Notes under the pieces: model-generated | Told to the model about the DNA's origin: nothing | Databases searched by the model: none | What the model saw: only the letters and a program-made list of their open reading frames with translations | Made by a program: the position numbers and the translations under genes | DNA from: an uncultured bacterium | GTDB taxonomy: Bacteria; UBA8481 | Length of the DNA: 64,000 nt | Assembly: GCA_964499705.1 (NCBI GenBank) | Contig: CAZCME010000005.1 | Location: forward strand, 1 to 64,000 | Direction of reading: 5' to 3' | Shown here: positions 60,037-64,000 of the stretch, one piece after another | Position numbering within the stretch: the first letter of the stretch is position 1 | Layout: every line of letters begins with the position of its first letter

Positions 60037-60786
60037 ATGAAGAATCCTTCCGCGCCGGACACGCATAAGGAGCTCCGCAGGCGCATCGAGAAGAAACCGC
60101 GCGATGCCGAGCTGCATCGCGAGCTCGGCTTCAAGCTCTGGAAAGAGGGCGACCTCATCAACGCTCTCATCGAATTCCGCAAGGTGCTCCGCATCAATCC
60201 CGCCAACCGGGAAGCGCCGTTCGCGCTGGCGGCGATCAGCCGCGAGCGCGGTCAATTTCAGAAGGCTTTCGAAATCCTCTTCGATATCGCCTGTCCCGAG
60301 AGCATGCCGACGCCGCACCCCGACGCCTTCGAGCTCCGTCGCCTGGAACACCAGATGCGGATCTTTCCCGCGCCGTACGACACGATCGACTGGAAGGAAT
60401 TCTTCGCGGAGACGGAACGGAGAGTCCGCGTCGACCCGGCCTATTCCGAATCACGCATGAAGGAAGGCCGGATCTGTCTCGAGCAGAAATGCTATGACAA
60501 GGCGATCCGCACGTTCACGCGCCTGGCCGTTCTGGAGCCCCGCAACGCGCTCGTCCGGCTCCATCGCGCCATGGCGCTCTCCGCCCGGAGGCGAGACGCG
60601 GAAGCGGAGAAGGAATTCTCGGAGACGCTTCTGCTGCAGCCCAAGAACGCCGCGGCCTACAAGGGGCTCGGGATCATCCGCGCGCGGCGAGGCGACCTGG
60701 AGAAAGCCCGTTATGCGTTCACGCAGGTGCTTCAGCTGGATCCCCAGGATGCCGAGGCCCGCCGGTGGCTGGAAAAAACGGGATGA
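60037..60786 (+). CDS. TPR-repeat protein
   Basis: Repeated LG..A..F..P TPR motifs. Confidence 0.85.
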   Translation: MKNPSAPDTHKELRRRIEKKPRDAELHRELGFKLWKEGDLINALIEFRKVLRINPANREAPFALAAISRERGQFQKAFEILFDIACPESMPTPHPDAFELRRLEHQMRIFPAPYDTIDWKEFFAETERRVRVDPAYSESRMKEGRICLEQKCYDKAIRTFTRLAVLEPRNALVRLHRAMALSARRRDAEAEKEFSETLLLQPKNAAAYKGLGIIRARRGDLEKARYAFTQVLQLDPQDAEARRWLEKTG

Positions 60787-61379
60787 ATGCCGCCGGCATC
60801 ATTCTCGCGGCGGGAAAATCGGAGCGGATGGGGGAAGCGAAAGCGCTGCTGAAACTCCGCGATGGATCGACCTTCCTCGCCCGCGCGATCGATACGCTGG
60901 ACAAAGCCGGGATACAGCGGATCGTGATTGTAGCCAATCCGGCCACTCGGGAAAGCTTCGAGCAGGTTTGCCGGGATCTCGGACGCGAGGAACGCACGAC
61001 CTTCGCGGTCAATCCGCGGCCGGAGGACGGCATGATCTCCTCCATCCGGATCGCCTGCGCGTCCTTCGGAGATCCCTTTCCGGAACGCGCCATCGTGACG
61101 CTCGTCGATATCCCGGATACCTCCCCGACCGTCGCCAGGAAATTACTGGAGACGGAACTATCCGAAAAGATCGTCCTCGCGATACCGAGGTTCGAAGATG
61201 GACCCGGGCATCCCGTGATGCTGCTGAAGGGTATCCGTGAAATCCTGGACGACCTTCTTCCCATGGGCTTGAAGAGCGTGATCGAAAAATATCCCGACCG
61301 GATCGCGGAAATTTCCTGCGAAGGACGTCAACCCTGGGATGTTGACACGCCGCGGGATTACGCAAGGATCCAGTCTTGA
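60783..61379 (+). CDS. mocA: MocA-like molybdenum cofactor cytidylyltransferase
   Basis: ILAAGKSERMG..KALL, GMISSI, LVDIP, GHPV, DVDTP.DY; next to the Mo-hydroxylase genes. Confidence 0.8.
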   Translation: MNAAGIILAAGKSERMGEAKALLKLRDGSTFLARAIDTLDKAGIQRIVIVANPATRESFEQVCRDLGREERTTFAVNPRPEDGMISSIRIACASFGDPFPERAIVTLVDIPDTSPTVARKLLETELSEKIVLAIPRFEDGPGHPVMLLKGIREILDDLLPMGLKSVIEKYPDRIAEISCEGRQPWDVDTPRDYARIQS

Positions 61380-62263
61380 CCATTCCGGCATCCCAGGTGA
61401 ACCTCCGGGGCATTCATGTCGCGACCGTGACACCGATGTCCGTGGACGGGAGCGAAATCAACCTGGGATGCATCGGGCCGCTGACGGCCCACCTGGCCTC
61501 GCGCGGCGTGGACGGATTCGTGCCCCTGGGAACGACGGGCGAGTTTCCTTCCCTATCCTTCCAGGAAAAGGTCGAGATTCTCTCGGAATACGCATCGGTC
61601 CGCGGCGACCGCGCGCTCATTCCCGGTTGCGGCTCCTGCTCGCTCCGGGAGACTCTGGACCTGGTGAGGCTCTCCGCGCAAAAAGGAGCCACGGCCGTGC
61701 TGGTGCCTCCGCCCTTCTATTTCCGCTCGGCGTCGCCTTCCGGAATCGAGGCCTGGTTCGAGGCGGTGCTCGCGGCGGCCGAAATCCCCGTGCTTCTCTA
61801 TCACGTTCCGGCGCTGACGGGCATCCCCATCGAATTCAGCATGCTCGAACGCCTCGCCCGATTCGAGACGCTCTGGGGAATCAAGGACACAGGCGGCAAG
61901 CTCCAGGAAACATCGCGCTACCTGGCTTCCCGACCCGGGAGAATTCTGCTGGGATCGGATTCCACGATGCTTGATGGATTAACTCTCGGCGTGCAGGGCA
62001 CCATCTCCGCATGCGCGAACGTCGTCCCCGGACTCCTGAAAGAAATCGTCACCGATTTTCGAAGGGGAACGGACGCCCGGCCCGCTCAGTCGAGGCTCGC
62101 GGCTGTCCGGGAAGCGCTTCGAAAATTCCCCCTTCATGCCGCCTTGAAGCGATGGCTCACTGTCCAGGGCATTGAAGCCGGGTCCGTTCGGCCCCCGCTT
62201 TTAAATCTCTCTCCGACCGAAGCGGACGAAATAAGCCATATCGCGCGCGGACTCGATCATTAG
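61376..62263 (+). CDS. DapA/NAL-family class I aldolase
   Basis: GTTGEF, PPFYF, LYHVP..TG, GIKDT (Schiff-base Lys). Confidence 0.88.
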   Translation: MTIPASQVNLRGIHVATVTPMSVDGSEINLGCIGPLTAHLASRGVDGFVPLGTTGEFPSLSFQEKVEILSEYASVRGDRALIPGCGSCSLRETLDLVRLSAQKGATAVLVPPPFYFRSASPSGIEAWFEAVLAAAEIPVLLYHVPALTGIPIEFSMLERLARFETLWGIKDTGGKLQETSRYLASRPGRILLGSDSTMLDGLTLGVQGTISACANVVPGLLKEIVTDFRRGTDARPAQSRLAAVREALRKFPLHAALKRWLTVQGIEAGSVRPPLLNLSPTEADEISHIARGLDH

Positions 62264-62375
62264 TCCGCCGGGTCCGGGCGATGGCGCGGATCTTGCCCGG
62301 TTCACAGAATACATTCCCCATCTGCAAGTCGATAAACGGAGGATGCGGTGCTATAGTTAATGATGGAACTAGGAG

Positions 62376-62942
62376 GTGAATGCCATGGCTTCCTTCACCC
62401 TATCCGAATTTCACGGTCGTCCTTTCCATCCTTCTCATCGGTCGCGTGACCGATTTCTGCATTTCGCGCGGAAATTCAACTGGATGTTCTGGCTGATCAC
62501 CCTGGCGTGCACGCTTGTACTGCTGATGTTCATGGACGAAGCGGCCGCGCGAGCGGAAGTCATCACGGAGCAGTCGATCTCCATGTCGGGAATCGTCCTG
62601 ATTCATCCCTGCACCATGGAACAGCTTCGCCTCGAAGGGAACATGCTGTTTGAAGCACGCTCCACCATTGTCGGCGACAGGGCCAGGATTGGCCTGACGG
62701 TCCATATGGAGAGCGTCAAGGCTCGCGACGAGACAACGGGAATCGCATACGAGTGCGACGAACCATGGAACGATACGTTGAATATCGGGCCTCTCCCGGC
62801 CGCGGACACTGCCATCGTGAAGGTATTGTTCTCGGGGCCGGCGCAAAATCCATTTCAGGCCAACATGACACTGCAGATCAATGCCGATTCCTCGGGATCT
62901 GTGCAAGCGAGACTTTGGGAAATCAAACTGGAGTGCCGCTGA
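62376..62942 (+). CDS. Hypothetical exported beta-rich protein
   Basis: AGGAGG RBS; hydrophobic helix; HPC motif and terminal Cys. Confidence 0.6.
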   Translation: MNAMASFTLSEFHGRPFHPSHRSRDRFLHFARKFNWMFWLITLACTLVLLMFMDEAAARAEVITEQSISMSGIVLIHPCTMEQLRLEGNMLFEARSTIVGDRARIGLTVHMESVKARDETTGIAYECDEPWNDTLNIGPLPAADTAIVKVLFSGPAQNPFQANMTLQINADSSGSVQARLWEIKLECR

Positions 62943-62969
62943 CAAACGAAGCGTGCGCTCAAGAGCGAG

Positions 62970-64000
62970 CTATGATCGCAGGCACTCCCGGTAGAGGCTG
63001 AAGTAGGATTTCGCCGTGTCGACGGATCGGTTCAGGTCGGCGGCCGGCATCGGACGAGGAGATCGCAGGATCGACAACACGGCGAAATAGATTTCATCGG
63101 CATTCGACGGATCGACGAGCGAAGCATGACCCATCGCCACTTCCTCGGTCGCGGTTCCGCGCGACGTAACCACCGGACAACCCATCGCCAGGGCCTCGAC
63201 GACGGGGAGACCGAATCCCTCGTCGAAGGACGGGTAAAGAAGGCAGTCCGCGGCGGCATACAGCCTCTGGAGATCGTCCAGCGGGAGAAAGCCGAGGACG
63301 TGCACGCCCGGCGATTCTGTCTTGGGGCCGTGCAACGGACCGGCCAGAGCCAGATGGGCGGTCGGCATTTCGCGGCGAAGGCGCTGGAATGTATTGAGGA
63401 CGCCCTGCGGGTTTTTTCTTTTTTCGAGACCTCCGACATGCAAAATCAGCGGCCGATCCAGACCGTATTTCGCGAGAACGTCGGGGCGGGGAGAGGGAGG
63501 CGTGAACCAAGTCTCGTCCAGGCCGAGCGGAACCGCGACAACGCGATCGGCCAGCGATGGAAATCGATGCCTGACCCTCTGCGCCGTCGTGTGCGAGATT
63601 GTCGCGACGCAAGCGGCATGGCTTATCATGGTGCGCCATGTCCACCGGTAACGAAAGCGAAAGCGGAAGTTCCAGCGCCATCCATAAGTCTGTCCGAAGA
63701 GACGAACCGGACCCACGATCGGAAGCTCGAAATAGTCGCACGCCGTCACCACGACGGGGCCGGTAAACCCCCGCGGCATGTAGAGATCCGGCGCATGGTA
63801 CAGGTCCGGATTGAGCTCGTTCAGAAATCGCCCTGTCCTTCGCGACTCCGCAAGCCAGTCGGATCTGGAAATGTCGCCGTATGTCCAGGGCAATACATAA
63901 CGCCTGAGAGAACCGCATTGTTCCGGAGGTTTCTGATCCGGAGCAAGAAGAAGAGTGTATTCCATGTCGCCTTCCATCAAACGAGCATGTTCAAGCAGAG
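62970..64000 (-). CDS. GT4 glycosyltransferase (5' end beyond the window)
   Basis: VGGLEKRKN, YPSFDEGFGLPVVEALAMGCPV; frame stays open to the window edge. Confidence 0.9.
   Translation of the reverse strand, partial: LLEHARLMEGDMEYTLLLAPDQKPPEQCGSLRRYVLPWTYGDISRSDWLAESRRTGRFLNELNPDLYHAPDLYMPRGFTGPVVVTACDYFELPIVGPVRLFGQTYGWRWNFRFRFRYRWTWRTMISHAACVATISHTTAQRVRHRFPSLADRVVAVPLGLDETWFTPPSPRPDVLAKYGLDRPLILHVGGLEKRKNPQGVLNTFQRLRREMPTAHLALAGPLHGPKTESPGVHVLGFLPLDDLQRLYAAADCLLYPSFDEGFGLPVVEALAMGCPVVTSRGTATEEVAMGHASLVDPSNADEIYFAVLSILRSPRPMPAADLNRSVDTAKSYFSLYRECLRS

Noticed and set aside
51051..60206. Several ORFs over 500 aa (51051-52709, 54415-56106, 56170-57759, 58587-60206)
   Set aside because: Antisense or alternative-frame shadows of the kinase, typA and xdh-like genes.

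Overview
GC-rich bacterial chromosomal window, probably from a diderm, flagellated and possibly uncultured lineage (kdsA/kdsD and flbD are present; taxonomy cannot be fixed from this sequence). About 0-22.6 kb is a mosaic surface-glycan locus: GT-B, GT2, GT4 and GT61-like glycosyltransferases, a HisH/HisF/N-acetyl-sugar amidotransferase trio, a CBS-methyltransferase and an internally deleted neuC remnant. At 9.7-15.9 kb this locus is interrupted by a repeat-bracketed accessory block with a secreted fibre-like protein, a large Ig/FlgD-like protein behind a poly-G promoter, a ChpI/ChpK(MazF)-type toxin-antitoxin pair and an orphan compact secretin-like gene. The rest is housekeeping and signalling: TPR-adenylate cyclase, lon, cysDN, flbD, thrC, a secreted caspase-like protease with three 6-Cys repeats, yceI, tlyA, an EAL protein, an HTH-HATPase-STAS protein, carD-PIN/TRAM-ispD-ispF-cysS-kdsA-kdsD, a sigma54 phosphorelay cluster, hemW, typA, a molybdo-hydroxylase (xdh-like) cluster with mocA and a DapA-family aldolase, and a 5'-truncated GT4. 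I saw no rRNA, tRNA, CRISPR array, transposase, integrase or reverse transcriptase. Non-coding signals include many leaderless-type promoters and four short-period tandem-repeat elements, three of which can fold into stems. All calls come from motif recognition by eye, without database searches.
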